Source: Candidatus Bathyarchaeota archaeon (GTDB lineage Archaea > Thermoproteota > Bathyarchaeia > TCS64). Taken from it: 64,000 nucleotides of DNA. The position numbers and the translations under genes are program-made. The stretch's first letter is position 1. Each line of letters starts with the position of its first letter. Below are positions 47,227 to 55,909 of the stretch, in pieces. Where the stretch lies: positions 192,001 through 256,000 of the forward strand of contig CAVYLP010000006.1 in assembly GCA_963769425.1 (NCBI GenBank). The letters run 5' to 3'. Under the pieces are notes generated by a model, which made no database searches, was not told where the DNA came from, and saw nothing but the letters and a program-made list of their open reading frames with translations.

Positions 47227-47236
47227 TCATGCCACC

Positions 47237-47881
47237 TCAGAACAGCCTGACGGCCTCTCCCATGGTCGTCTTAAGGTAGATGCTCTTGACGTTCGCGTAG
47301 CCCCTCTTCGTCGCTGCGACGAGGTTGTTGAGGATGGCCTCGATGTTCTGGGCGACCTGCTCGTCGGTCATGTTCTCCCTCCCCACCATGCAGTGGCAGA
47401 ACATCTTGTCCCTCGTCCTAAGCACGACGGCCCTGCGCTCGCGCTCGATGACGTTGTCGACGGGAGCCTGAGGCGGAACCGGGGTAGGCATCTTGCCGCG
47501 CGGACCCAGAATGGGACCTGCGACGCGACCCACCGTCGGCATCAACGGCGCCTCACTGATGAATATGTCGAAGCCCTTGAGCCTCTTCTTCGCAGCCTTC
47601 TTGTCCTTAGCCAGCTCAGCCAGCTCCGCCGGCTCGATGACCTCGTCGGCCCCGCTCCTGCGGGCCCTCAGTGCGAGGTCGCCGCCCGCGAAGACGAGGA
47701 CCTTCTGCCCGCCGATCCCGTTGGGGAGCTGGACGCGCAGGTTGACCCTGTTCTCGGGGCGCTTCATGTCGAGCTCGCGTAGGTTGATTGCCAGCTCGAA
47801 GGTCTGCTCGAAGCGGCGCTTCTTCGACGCCTGCCTCGCCTTCGTGATGGCCTCGTTTATGTCCTTGCGTTGGAGTGACAT
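47237..47881 (-). CDS. rplA: 50S ribosomal protein L1
   Basis: RRFEQTFELAINL, LGPRGKMPTP, LKTTMG. Confidence 0.96.
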   Translation of the reverse strand: MSLQRKDINEAITKARQASKKRRFEQTFELAINLRELDMKRPENRVNLRVQLPNGIGGQKVLVFAGGDLALRARRSGADEVIEPAELAELAKDKKAAKKRLKGFDIFISEAPLMPTVGRVAGPILGPRGKMPTPVPPQAPVDNVIERERRAVVLRTRDKMFCHCMVGRENMTDEQVAQNIEAILNNLVAATKRGYANVKSIYLKTTMGEAVRLF

Positions 47882-47883
47882 GC

Positions 47884-48369
47884 TTAATCCTCCTTGAGCT
47901 GGGCGTCGTAGGCCCCGCTCTTTATGAGGTCCTGGACCTCCTTGGCGGGTTTGCCGTCGACGGTGACGCCCATGCTGTGGCACGTGCCGAGGACCTCGCG
48001 GACTGCCGCCTTGATGTTAGCAGCGTAGAGGCCCGCCCTCTTCTTCTTGGCGACGCTCACGAGCTGGTCGAAGGGCAGGTCACCCACCTTCGCTGAGTGT
48101 GGCGTGCCCGAGCCCTTCGTGATGCCGACCGCCTGCGTGAGCAGGGCGAATGTACTCAGCATCCCGACCTTGACCGTGAACTCCCTCGTGTCCGTGTCTA
48201 TGAACACGTCCACTGGGACTGGGGTCCCCTTGTACTCGCCGGTCTGCTTGTTGATATCGGCGACGATACTCATGATGTTGACACCCATCGGACCCAGCGC
48301 TGGGCCGATCGGCGGACCACCTGTCGCCCCGCCACCCGGGACGATGAAGTTGAACTTCTTTTCCACCAA
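47884..48369 (-). CDS. rplK: 50S ribosomal protein L11
   Basis: GGATGGPPIGPALGP, GTCHSMGVTVDG. Confidence 0.96.
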   Translation of the reverse strand: MVEKKFNFIVPGGGATGGPPIGPALGPMGVNIMSIVADINKQTGEYKGTPVPVDVFIDTDTREFTVKVGMLSTFALLTQAVGITKGSGTPHSAKVGDLPFDQLVSVAKKKRAGLYAANIKAAVREVLGTCHSMGVTVDGKPAKEVQDLIKSGAYDAQLKED

Positions 48370-48372
48370 TTT

Positions 48373-48843
48373 CTAGTTAGCTCCTTTAACCTCCCGGACA
48401 TAGTCGGCGTGGACGGTTATCGGCAGGCTAAAAGCCGCCTCCAGGATCTCGATCGTTACTTCCTCCTTGGAGGTATCCACGCGCACCACCCTCGCCTGCA
48501 TCCCCTTGAAGGGCCCAGCTACGACGTCCACCAGGGTGCCCTCAGCCAGGCCCTCGATGGCCGGCTTCGTCTCAAGGTAGTGCTCAACCTCTTCGGGTGA
48601 GACAGTCCCCTGGACGCGCTCCCTGGCATAACGGACGCCCCTTATGAGCTCGTCGACCATGTGAGGGTTGGCGCTCTCAATGATTATGTAGCCCTTCAGC
48701 TCCGACGGCGCCAGTATCGCCAGGACTGAAATGTGCTCGATCTTCGCCTTATCGGCGAGCATATCGGCTACAGTCCTTTCCTGGCCGTTTGTAACCTTCA
48801 CCGCGAAGAGCTGGGTCTGAGGCTTGTCTGGCACATCTGCCAC
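48373..48843 (-). CDS. spt5: Transcription elongation factor Spt5/NusG
   Basis: VKVTNGQE, LKGYIIIE, KOW motif VAGPFKG. Confidence 0.93.
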   Translation of the reverse strand: MADVPDKPQTQLFAVKVTNGQERTVADMLADKAKIEHISVLAILAPSELKGYIIIESANPHMVDELIRGVRYARERVQGTVSPEEVEHYLETKPAIEGLAEGTLVDVVAGPFKGMQARVVRVDTSKEEVTIEILEAAFSLPITVHADYVREVKGAN

Positions 48844-48922
48844 GTCCGGTTGCACCGTAAGCGTAAGCAGATGGCTAATATTAATATTGCTAAGTTGGGG
48901 AAAATTGCGCCGTTTGGGACGG

Positions 48923-49102
48923 CTAGCCTCCACCGACTGGCTGAAGCACGACGGCGACGAGGCGTATGATGTAGCCGATGACCCCGAGAACGCCGACGCC
49001 GAGGAGCACGATCTTCAGGCTTAGGCTGAACGTCTTCCAGTCGGGCCTGTTGATGGTGACCAGAAGCCTCCTCGCGCTCTCGATGAATTCCTTGATGCCC
49101 AT
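48923..49102 (-). CDS. secE: Preprotein translocase SecE/Sec61-gamma
   Basis: Manual translation MGIKEFIESARRLLVTINRPDWKTFSLSLKIVLLGVGVLGVIGYII; conserved position between ftsY and spt5. Confidence 0.88.
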   Translation of the reverse strand: MGIKEFIESARRLLVTINRPDWKTFSLSLKIVLLGVGVLGVIGYIIRLVAVVLQPVGGG

Positions 49103-49142
49103 CGGTTACCGCCCTCTCAGGCGCGTAGTGCCCTTAAATCCT

Positions 49143-50054
49143 TTACGAATCCCCGAGGAGCTTATCCGCGAACCACCCCGCGTCGAAGGGCTGGAGGTCG
49201 TCGTACCCCTGCCCGACGCCGACGTAGATGATGGGCTTCCCCGTGAGGAAGCTGACACTCAGGCTCGACCCCCCCTTCGCGTCGGCGTCCACCTTCGTGA
49301 GTATCGCGGCGTCGAAGCCCACCGTCTTGTTGAAGCTGAGGGCCTGCTCCGTCGCGTCGTTGCCGATGAGGGAGTCGATGATCATTATCGTGAGGTCGGG
49401 CTGGACGACGCGCTTGATCTTCGTCAGCTCATCCATGAGGTTGCGGTTCGTCTGCATGCGCCCCGCGGTGTCTATGAGGACTGCGTCGATGCCCCTCGCC
49501 TTCGCGTACTGGACGGTGTCGTAGCCCACGGCGGCGGCGTCGCTCCCGTATTGGTGCCTGATGATCTTCACGTCGAGGCGCCTCGCGTGCTCCTCCAGTT
49601 GCTCGATGGCCCCCGCCCTGTAGGTGTCTCCGGAGGCGAGGACGACGGTGAAGCCGCTCTTCTGGAGGAGGTGTGTGACCTTGGCGATGCTGGTGGTCTT
49701 CCCGGTGCCGTTGATTCCGACGAACATCATGACGTAGGGGCGGCCCTGCTTCTTCGCCTCGGCGACGGCCTTGACGAGGTCCACGGCCTTACCCGTCTGC
49801 ATCACCGATTCGATTGACTCCTTTAACGCCTTCTTGACGACGTCGGATTTGCTCCCGAAGCGGTTGGCCTCCTCCCCCATGAGGCGTGTCTTCAGCTCCT
49901 CGCAGACCTTCTCGGCGACCTGCACGGAGACGTCTGCGCCTATGAGCTGCATCTGTAAATCCCAGACCAGGGGCTCGAGGTTCTTCTCGGTTAGGCCCGT
50001 CTTAGAAATCTTCTCGACTATGCCCTTTAGGCCCTGCTTGAGCCTATCGAACAT
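49143..50054 (-). CDS. ftsY: SRP receptor FtsY
   Basis: GINGTGKTT, DTYRAGAIEQL, DTAGR, TKVD..KGG. Confidence 0.96.
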   Translation of the reverse strand: MFDRLKQGLKGIVEKISKTGLTEKNLEPLVWDLQMQLIGADVSVQVAEKVCEELKTRLMGEEANRFGSKSDVVKKALKESIESVMQTGKAVDLVKAVAEAKKQGRPYVMMFVGINGTGKTTSIAKVTHLLQKSGFTVVLASGDTYRAGAIEQLEEHARRLDVKIIRHQYGSDAAAVGYDTVQYAKARGIDAVLIDTAGRMQTNRNLMDELTKIKRVVQPDLTIMIIDSLIGNDATEQALSFNKTVGFDAAILTKVDADAKGGSSLSVSFLTGKPIIYVGVGQGYDDLQPFDAGWFADKLLGDS

Positions 50055-50490
50055 TGGGGGCCCCACCCTGAAGCTCGGCTGAGAGCCGGTTCCCTACTTC
50101 CTGGTGGCTCTGCATCTGGGCTAGGACCTGTCCCAGCTGCTCCTCGACCGAGGCGAGCGTCTTCTCGACCTCCTCGAGGCGCTTATTCACGTCCTCTAGG
50201 GCCTTTGGGAACTCCATCTCGACGGAGACGTCGGCTCCTATGCCGACTATGACCTTGTCGAGGGGGTCCGTCTTGGCGTGTATGAAGGCGGCGCCGCCGA
50301 TGGGGACGAGCATCGGGGTCTCTGGCTTGAGTTCCTTCATGTCGTTGAGGCTCTGCTGGCTCACCCGCAGCTCCTGCTGGGCGCTGGTGAGTATCTGGAG
50401 CCTCTGCTGGAGGACCTGAGCGGTGCCCTCCATCATCTGTAGCTCGTATAAAATCCTGCGTAGCTGGTCCTCTTTGTTCGGGGAGGCCAT
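50044..50490 (-). CDS. pfdA: Prefoldin alpha subunit
   Basis: Coiled coils flanking LVPIGG..VIVGIGADVSVE. Confidence 0.92.
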   Translation of the reverse strand: MASPNKEDQLRRILYELQMMEGTAQVLQQRLQILTSAQQELRVSQQSLNDMKELKPETPMLVPIGGAAFIHAKTDPLDKVIVGIGADVSVEMEFPKALEDVNKRLEEVEKTLASVEEQLGQVLAQMQSHQEVGNRLSAELQGGAPNVR

Positions 50491-50495
50491 GGGGG

Positions 50496-50705
50496 TTAAC
50501 CCGCCTTCTCCGGCTGGACTTCTTCTACGCTTAAGATCGTTATCTGGTTGCGCTTGGCGCGGTGGCGGCTACCCATCTCGGCGTAGATGCGCTCGACGGC
50601 GTGCTCCATCTTGGCCGCCCTTATCTCCTTGCTGAAGGCCATGGGGATGAAGAACTTCTGCTTGTTTATCTCGCCCGTGACCCGGAAAATCTTTACTTCG
50701 CTCAT
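50496..50705 (-). CDS. rplX: 50S ribosomal protein LX/eL20
   Basis: FRVTG..FSKEIRA..YAEMGSRHRAKR. Confidence 0.9.
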   Translation of the reverse strand: MSEVKIFRVTGEINKQKFFIPMAFSKEIRAAKMEHAVERIYAEMGSRHRAKRNQITILSVEEVQPEKAG

Positions 50706-51101
50706 TCCTTCTTCTCAGCCTCTACCTTGGGTTCTTCCTCGGCTTCCGCCTTCGCTTCGACCTTCGGCTCTTCCTCAGCCTTCGCCTTTGACTTGGACTC
50801 CTTCTGGATCCTTCTTGGGCTCTTCCTTCGCCTCGGTCTCGGCCTCAACCTCGGCCATCGTGATCGTGACTTTGCCGTCGTCGTCCTTGGTCATCTTGAC
50901 CCTGATCTTATGGGGCGGGCTCTTTATTCCGCGTGCCCAGATGGCCTCGTTGACGGTTGTGTCGACTGTTATGGTCTCCGCCTTCATGTGGCGCTTGGCG
51001 AACGCCTTGAGGACCATCATGGCCCTCTCGCTCCGCCTGTAGCGCTGGGCGTTCCAAGCCTCCTTGAGAGGGACCGTGTATATTCGCTCGGTTTCAGACA
51101 T
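50702..51101 (-). CDS. rpl31e: 50S ribosomal protein L31e with E/K/A-rich tail (apparent frameshift ~50810)
   Basis: ERIYTVPL, VNEAIWARG..PPHKIRV; repetitive EEEPKVEA tail in another frame ending at 50702. Confidence 0.9.
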
Positions 51102-51107
51102 GTTCTA

Positions 51108-51266
51108 TCAGTCCTTGAGTTTCCTTGTGCGCCATGCGCGTACGCTCTTGGGGCTCCAGCGTACCTTGCCGTTGGTCTTGGCTATGATCCACGCTGGGAC
51201 CGATCTGCTGGACTTCCCCGCCTTGATGAGGCGGAGCTTGTACGCGAGCGGCTTGTTTCTTGCCAT
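51108..51266 (-). CDS. rpl39e: 50S ribosomal protein L39e
   Basis: Manual translation [52 protein letters not shown]. Confidence 0.92.
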   Translation of the reverse strand: MARNKPLAYKLRLIKAGKSSRSVPAWIIAKTNGKVRWSPKSVRAWRTRKLKD

Positions 51267-51268
51267 CG

Positions 51269-51607
51269 TTATACTCTCCTTATGCTTATGTCCCTCTTCT
51301 TCTGCTGCCCCTCTAACTGGATGAGGAGCCTCTTCAGCTGCTCATCCGTGATTGGGAGGGGTACCCTTCCACCCTGAGCGATCTGGACGAGCTCGAGTTC
51401 GAGCTGCTGGCCGAACTCGGGGCGCACCATCTTGATGTTGGCGAGCCGGAGCCGCGCCTCGGGTGTAAGGAGCCTTCGCATGAGGTTCTGCTTCTGAGCC
51501 TCGGCTTCAGCTGCGGCGCGCTGCTGTTCAGCACCCTGTTGCTGCTTAGCCTGAAGCTCAGCCATGCGCTGGGCCTTAAGCCTCTGTAGCTCTTCGTCAC
51601 CCGACAT
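51269..51607 (-). CDS. PDCD5-like DNA-binding protein
   Basis: [25 protein letters not shown]. Confidence 0.92.
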   Translation of the reverse strand: MSGDEELQRLKAQRMAELQAKQQQGAEQQRAAAEAEAQKQNLMRRLLTPEARLRLANIKMVRPEFGQQLELELVQIAQGGRVPLPITDEQLKRLLIQLEGQQKKRDISIRRV

Positions 51608-51619
51608 AGGCGACCACGA

Positions 51620-52075
51620 CTAGACTGCCTTTATCTCGGACCTTTCCCTGTCCAGGTCCTTCTTTATCTGGGTCGACATGGCGTCGAGGAGGCTTCGCCC
51701 CTTCTTGCTGACGACGCGGCCGGATTTATCGACCTTATCGACGAGGCCCGCCTTCTCGAGCTGCTGTAGTGAGATGCGTATGATGCTGCCGCCCGCTTTC
51801 GCGTGGTGACCCGGTGAGTTACCGACCCTCTTGCGTCCGCCGTACTCCCCCCTCAGCCTCTGGACCCCTACGGGGCCGTTCATGTAGAGCTTCCTGAGTA
51901 TGGAGGCGGTCCTGACGTACCACCAGTCGGGCATCTCTGGCACCCTCTCGACGTGTGCGCCCGTCTTGACGTGGGCTGCCCATTCGGGTGGGGTGACTTC
52001 CTTGATGTTCTCCTTGATGTAGCTGCTTAGTTTCCCTATGAGCACTTCCGCTGGCACGTCGTAAGCTGTCGTCAT
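51620..52075 (-). CDS. rps19e: 30S ribosomal protein S19e
   Basis: PEWAAHVKTG, WWYVRTASILRKLY, LQQLEKAG. Confidence 0.97.
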   Translation of the reverse strand: MTTAYDVPAEVLIGKLSSYIKENIKEVTPPEWAAHVKTGAHVERVPEMPDWWYVRTASILRKLYMNGPVGVQRLRGEYGGRKRVGNSPGHHAKAGGSIIRISLQQLEKAGLVDKVDKSGRVVSKKGRSLLDAMSTQIKKDLDRERSEIKAV

Positions 52076-52394
52076 CTCGTTCCCTTTTCCCAGATGCTAC
52101 TCTATCCGAGCAGGGAGTGGCATATATAGATGTGCCTTTCCCCGCTTTTTAGCAACTGTTAACCACACCCTCCAAATTTAAAGGTTTAGCCGATGCATCC
52201 GGATCGCCCCAAGCGGCTAACGGAGGGGTACATTTAAAAAAATGGGCGCACACGTGCCTGACACGGGAGAGGGCAGCTCGTCGTCATATTCACCGAGGGG
52301 GATCTAGCAACTACACGCACCTGATCGCGAGCTTCAACACGGAACTCGGGAGCTCCAAGACAAGAAGTTTGAAGGTGGCATCCTCGGGTCAGGG

Positions 52395-52688
52395 CTAGCG
52401 CTCTTCCCGCTTGTCGTAGGCGTAGATCTCGATGTACCCGCAGAGGGTGCACCTGTACGCCTTGATCTTGAGGGCCTTCTTCTCGTCGCTCTTTATGAGG
52501 AAGCCCGTCTTGCGCCCCGTCTTCTCCTCCCAGTAGGGGCGGCTGGTCGAGGACTGGTAGACGCTCGGGACGGGGCCGCCGGGTAGGCCGCTCATGTAGG
52601 AGTTCATCTGGCTGGGCATCACGGAGTCGGTGTCGAACCTGATCTCGCCCTCCGTCATGACTCCGCCGCACTTGGGGCACTTGTCCAT
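52395..52688 (-). CDS. Small zinc-ribbon protein
   Basis: KCPKCGGVMTEG ... AYRCTLCGYIEIYA. Confidence 0.75.
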   Translation of the reverse strand: MDKCPKCGGVMTEGEIRFDTDSVMPSQMNSYMSGLPGGPVPSVYQSSTSRPYWEEKTGRKTGFLIKSDEKKALKIKAYRCTLCGYIEIYAYDKREER

Positions 52689-52692
52689 GGCA

Positions 52693-53634
52693 TCACGCCT
52701 TGAGGTACTTCTTCGGCATCTTGGCGACCACTGTGTAGAGGGGGTCGACTATCTGGGCTATCCTCGATTTCGCCGCGATGCTCTGGAACATGTAGGCGTC
52801 GTCCCTGGCCCAGCCGTAGTCGGCGACCATCCAGTTGACGAGCTCGCGGTGGGCGAGGCGCGCCGCGTCCTCGAGGGGCTTGGCGCTACAGACGGTCATG
52901 ATCTCCTCAGGGGACTCGACGCGGGGCCAGGCTATGGTGTAGCGCTTCTTGACGCCGAACCTGAGCTTGACGACGGCGGGTATCTCTATGGCTGAGCCGC
53001 CGACCTCGCCGTCTCCCTGTACGGCGTGGACGTCGCCGAGGCCGAAGAGGGCACCGGGCTGGTTCACGGGGAGTATGAGGGTGTTGCCGGGCTTAATGTC
53101 GGGGCAGTCCATGTTGCCGCCGTGGGGGCCGGGTGTGAGTGTGTTTATCGCCTCGTAGACGGGGGAGTTGCCGATGGTCCCGATGAATGGCTCCGCGGGG
53201 ACCTCGACGATTCTCCCGCCGTCGGTCTTGTAGAGGACCTTGCCTGCTCTGATCTCGCTGATTTTCGTCCGGGGGGTCATGAGGTTGAGCCATCCCTCTA
53301 GGGAGCCGAACCCGGGGCTGATGGTCGTCGCCCCACTCTTGGGGAGCTCGATCCCTAGAATCTCAACCGTGAGGCTGTCGCCGGGCTCTGCGCCTTCGAC
53401 GTAGACTGGTCCGGTGACTGGGTTGACGGGGACCTTTACCCCCTTCTCAAGCGCCTGCGCTCGGGTCTGCTCCGTTTTGACGCAGCCGCCGAAGGCGTCC
53501 CAGGTCTCTATCTCGACCTCCTCGCCGGGCTTCACGGTGGCGATGGGCTTGTTGAAGGGACTGAGGGTCGACGTCCCGGAGGGTGTAAGCTTCTCGAAGG
53601 GTATCTTGGGTATCCTCTTGACCATCGGAATCAA
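52693..53634 (-). CDS. Acetamidase/formamidase family protein
   Basis: NPVTGPVYVEGAEPGD, PGPHGGNMD, GDVHAVQGDGE. Confidence 0.92.
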   Translation of the reverse strand: MIPMVKRIPKIPFEKLTPSGTSTLSPFNKPIATVKPGEEVEIETWDAFGGCVKTEQTRAQALEKGVKVPVNPVTGPVYVEGAEPGDSLTVEILGIELPKSGATTISPGFGSLEGWLNLMTPRTKISEIRAGKVLYKTDGGRIVEVPAEPFIGTIGNSPVYEAINTLTPGPHGGNMDCPDIKPGNTLILPVNQPGALFGLGDVHAVQGDGEVGGSAIEIPAVVKLRFGVKKRYTIAWPRVESPEEIMTVCSAKPLEDAARLAHRELVNWMVADYGWARDDAYMFQSIAAKSRIAQIVDPLYTVVAKMPKKYLKA

Positions 53635-53675
53635 TTCAAGAGGCGCCTAAGCCCCTTTAACGGTTGCCACGGGGG

Positions 53676-54464
53676 CTACTTGCCCTTGAAGACGGTCTTC
53701 TTGCCCTTGACGACGTTGGCGAGGCCGAGCTTCGCGTCCTCGGTCTGCCAGACGACGTCGGCGGCCTCCGCCTCCTTGGCCTTGGCCTCGGCCTGGGTGC
53801 CCCAGGTGGCCTCGCGGACGCAGTCCTTGAACCACTTTACGGCGACGGGTGCGGCGGTCGCCATCTTCCTGGCGATGCTGAGCCCGACCTCGTCGAGTAC
53901 GTCGTCGGGGACGACCCTGCTGGCGAGGCCCATCTCGTAGGCCTGGCGGCCGGTGAAGCCCTCGTTCAGGAACATGTAGTCGTAGACCCGGTTCCTGCCG
54001 ATCCATCGGGGTAGGCGCTGGCTGCACATGCCCCAGCTTCCGACTATGCCGTAGTAGATGTCACCGTCGTGTATGTTGAAGGTCTCGCCGACGATGCGTA
54101 TGTCGAAGGCGCTGAAGATCGAGGTTGATCCGCCGAAGCATATGCCTTTGGCGGCGACGAGGGTGGGCTTCGGGTACATGTCGATGCGCTCGACGAGTGC
54201 GCCGCCCTGGTCGCTGAAGGGCGTCGTGTCGGCCCCCGCCTCGATGGTCTCCGTGATGTCCTCGAAGCCGGCGCCGCCAGAGAAGTTGGGGCCGACGCTG
54301 TTCAGCATGACGCAGCGGATGTCGTCGTCTCCCTCGAACCTGTCGAGGGCGTCGAGTATCTCGGCGATGACGCGCTGGGTCATCTGGTTGTCGTTCTTGG
54401 GATCGTTTATCGTCATTACGGCGACCTGGCCGTCCTTCCTGACCTTGAGCCTCTTATAATCCAA
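53676..54464 (-). CDS. Enoyl-CoA hydratase/isomerase (crotonase) family, copy 2
   Basis: Crotonase fold: FSGGA, PKPTLVAAKGICFGG, LPRWIG, C-terminal FKGK. Confidence 0.85.
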   Translation of the reverse strand: MDYKRLKVRKDGQVAVMTINDPKNDNQMTQRVIAEILDALDRFEGDDDIRCVMLNSVGPNFSGGAGFEDITETIEAGADTTPFSDQGGALVERIDMYPKPTLVAAKGICFGGSTSIFSAFDIRIVGETFNIHDGDIYYGIVGSWGMCSQRLPRWIGRNRVYDYMFLNEGFTGRQAYEMGLASRVVPDDVLDEVGLSIARKMATAAPVAVKWFKDCVREATWGTQAEAKAKEAEAADVVWQTEDAKLGLANVVKGKKTVFKGK

Positions 54465-54522
54465 AACTCTGCACCGCTACGATTGCGGTGTTTTGTTCTT
54501 TAATAACTTCTGATGGGGCGGG

Positions 54523-55314
54523 CTACTTGCCCTTGAAGGTGAACTTCTTGCCCTTGACTACGTTGGCTAGGCCGACCTTGGCGTCCTCGGTCTTCCAGAC
54601 CTCGTCGGCGGCCTCCGCCTCCTTGGCCTTGGCCTGCTTGAGCGTGCCCCAAGTGGCTTCCCTGACGCAGTCCTTGAACCACTTGACGGCGACTGGAGCC
54701 GCCGTGGACATCTTCTTGGCTATGGCGAGGCCGACGTCGTTCACGACCTCGTCGGCGACGACCTTGCTGGCTATGCCGAGCTCGTAGGCCTGCCTTCCGG
54801 TGAAGCCCTCGTTCAGGAACATGTAGTCGTAGACCCTGTTCCGCCCTATCCAGCGGGGGAGGCGGAGGCTGCACATGCCCCAGGAGCCGACGATGCCGTA
54901 GTAGATGTCCCCGTCGTGGATGTTGAAGGTCTCGCCAACTATCCTGATGTCGAAGGCGCTGAAGACGGCGGTCGAGCCGCCGAAGCACATGCCCTTGGCG
55001 GCGACGAGGGTGGGCTTCGGGTACATGTCGATGCGCTCCACGAGGGCGCCGCCCTGATCACTGAAGGGAGTCGTCTCGGCGCCGGACTCTATCGTCTCGG
55101 TTATGTCCTCCGCTCCGGCGCCGCAGCTGAAGTTGTCGCCGGTGCTGCGAAGCATCACGGCTCGTACGCCGTCGTCCTTCTCGAACCCGTCGAGCGCATC
55201 CAACATCTCCCCGACGACGACCTGCGTGATCTGGTTATTGTTATTCGGGTCGTTCAGGGTGATTATCCCGACCATCCCGTCCTTGCTAGTCTTGATCTTC
55301 TTATACGCCAACAA
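54523..55314 (-). CDS. Enoyl-CoA hydratase/isomerase (crotonase) family, copy 1
   Basis: Close paralog of the adjacent gene; FSCGA, PKPTLVAAKGMCFGG. Confidence 0.85.
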   Translation of the reverse strand: MLAYKKIKTSKDGMVGIITLNDPNNNNQITQVVVGEMLDALDGFEKDDGVRAVMLRSTGDNFSCGAGAEDITETIESGAETTPFSDQGGALVERIDMYPKPTLVAAKGMCFGGSTAVFSAFDIRIVGETFNIHDGDIYYGIVGSWGMCSLRLPRWIGRNRVYDYMFLNEGFTGRQAYELGIASKVVADEVVNDVGLAIAKKMSTAAPVAVKWFKDCVREATWGTLKQAKAKEAEAADEVWKTEDAKVGLANVVKGKKFTFKGK

Positions 55315-55443
55315 CGGACACCGGATCAGAGTCGATGTTTCACCCTTAAATAACTTCTAAACGTGGGCGCGGCGCTCATAGGAAAGATTAAATGCAGGAT
55401 ATATTGTTCCTTTCATAGCAGTTCAAGGAATAGGTGCATTAAA

Positions 55444-55746
55444 ATGGAGTACATGTACGCCGCTATGCTTCTCCACAGCGCGAAGAAGCCAATCACAGAG
55501 GAGGCGGTCACCGCCATACTCGCAGCCGCCGGTGTAGCCGCCGACGGTGTACGCGTCAAGGCCCTCGTCGCCGCCCTCGCGGAGGTCAACATCGACGAGG
55601 CGTTGAAGGCGCCGGTCTTCGCAGCCGCCGCAGCCCCAGCCGCCGCGCCAGCTGAGGCGAAGGAGGAGAAGAAGGCAGCCGCCAAGCCAAAGGTTGAAGA
55701 GAAGAAGGAAGAGGACCTCCAGGGTCTGGGCGCCCTCTTCGGTTAA
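55444..55746 (+). CDS. rpl12p: 50S ribosomal protein P1/L12
   Basis: [11 protein letters not shown], Ala-rich hinge, GLGALFG. Confidence 0.97.
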   Translation: MEYMYAAMLLHSAKKPITEEAVTAILAAAGVAADGVRVKALVAALAEVNIDEALKAPVFAAAAAPAAAPAEAKEEKKAAAKPKVEEKKEEDLQGLGALFG

Positions 55747-55909
55747 CCTCACAACCTTCAGTTTCTTAGCACTTTTCAATTTCCAAAGTTCTCTTCATTT
55801 TTCGATTACCCAGATAGGGGTTTGATCCTTCATTCTTTGAGAGGAATGGGTGCTGGGACCGATGTATAATTCAAAAAGATTTTCAGTGGAGCCCAATCAT
55901 TCTCTTGGG

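Noticed and set aside
52230-52394. Possible ncRNA or small gene upstream of rps19e
   Set aside because: Only short broken frames and no convincing structure or known RNA motif.
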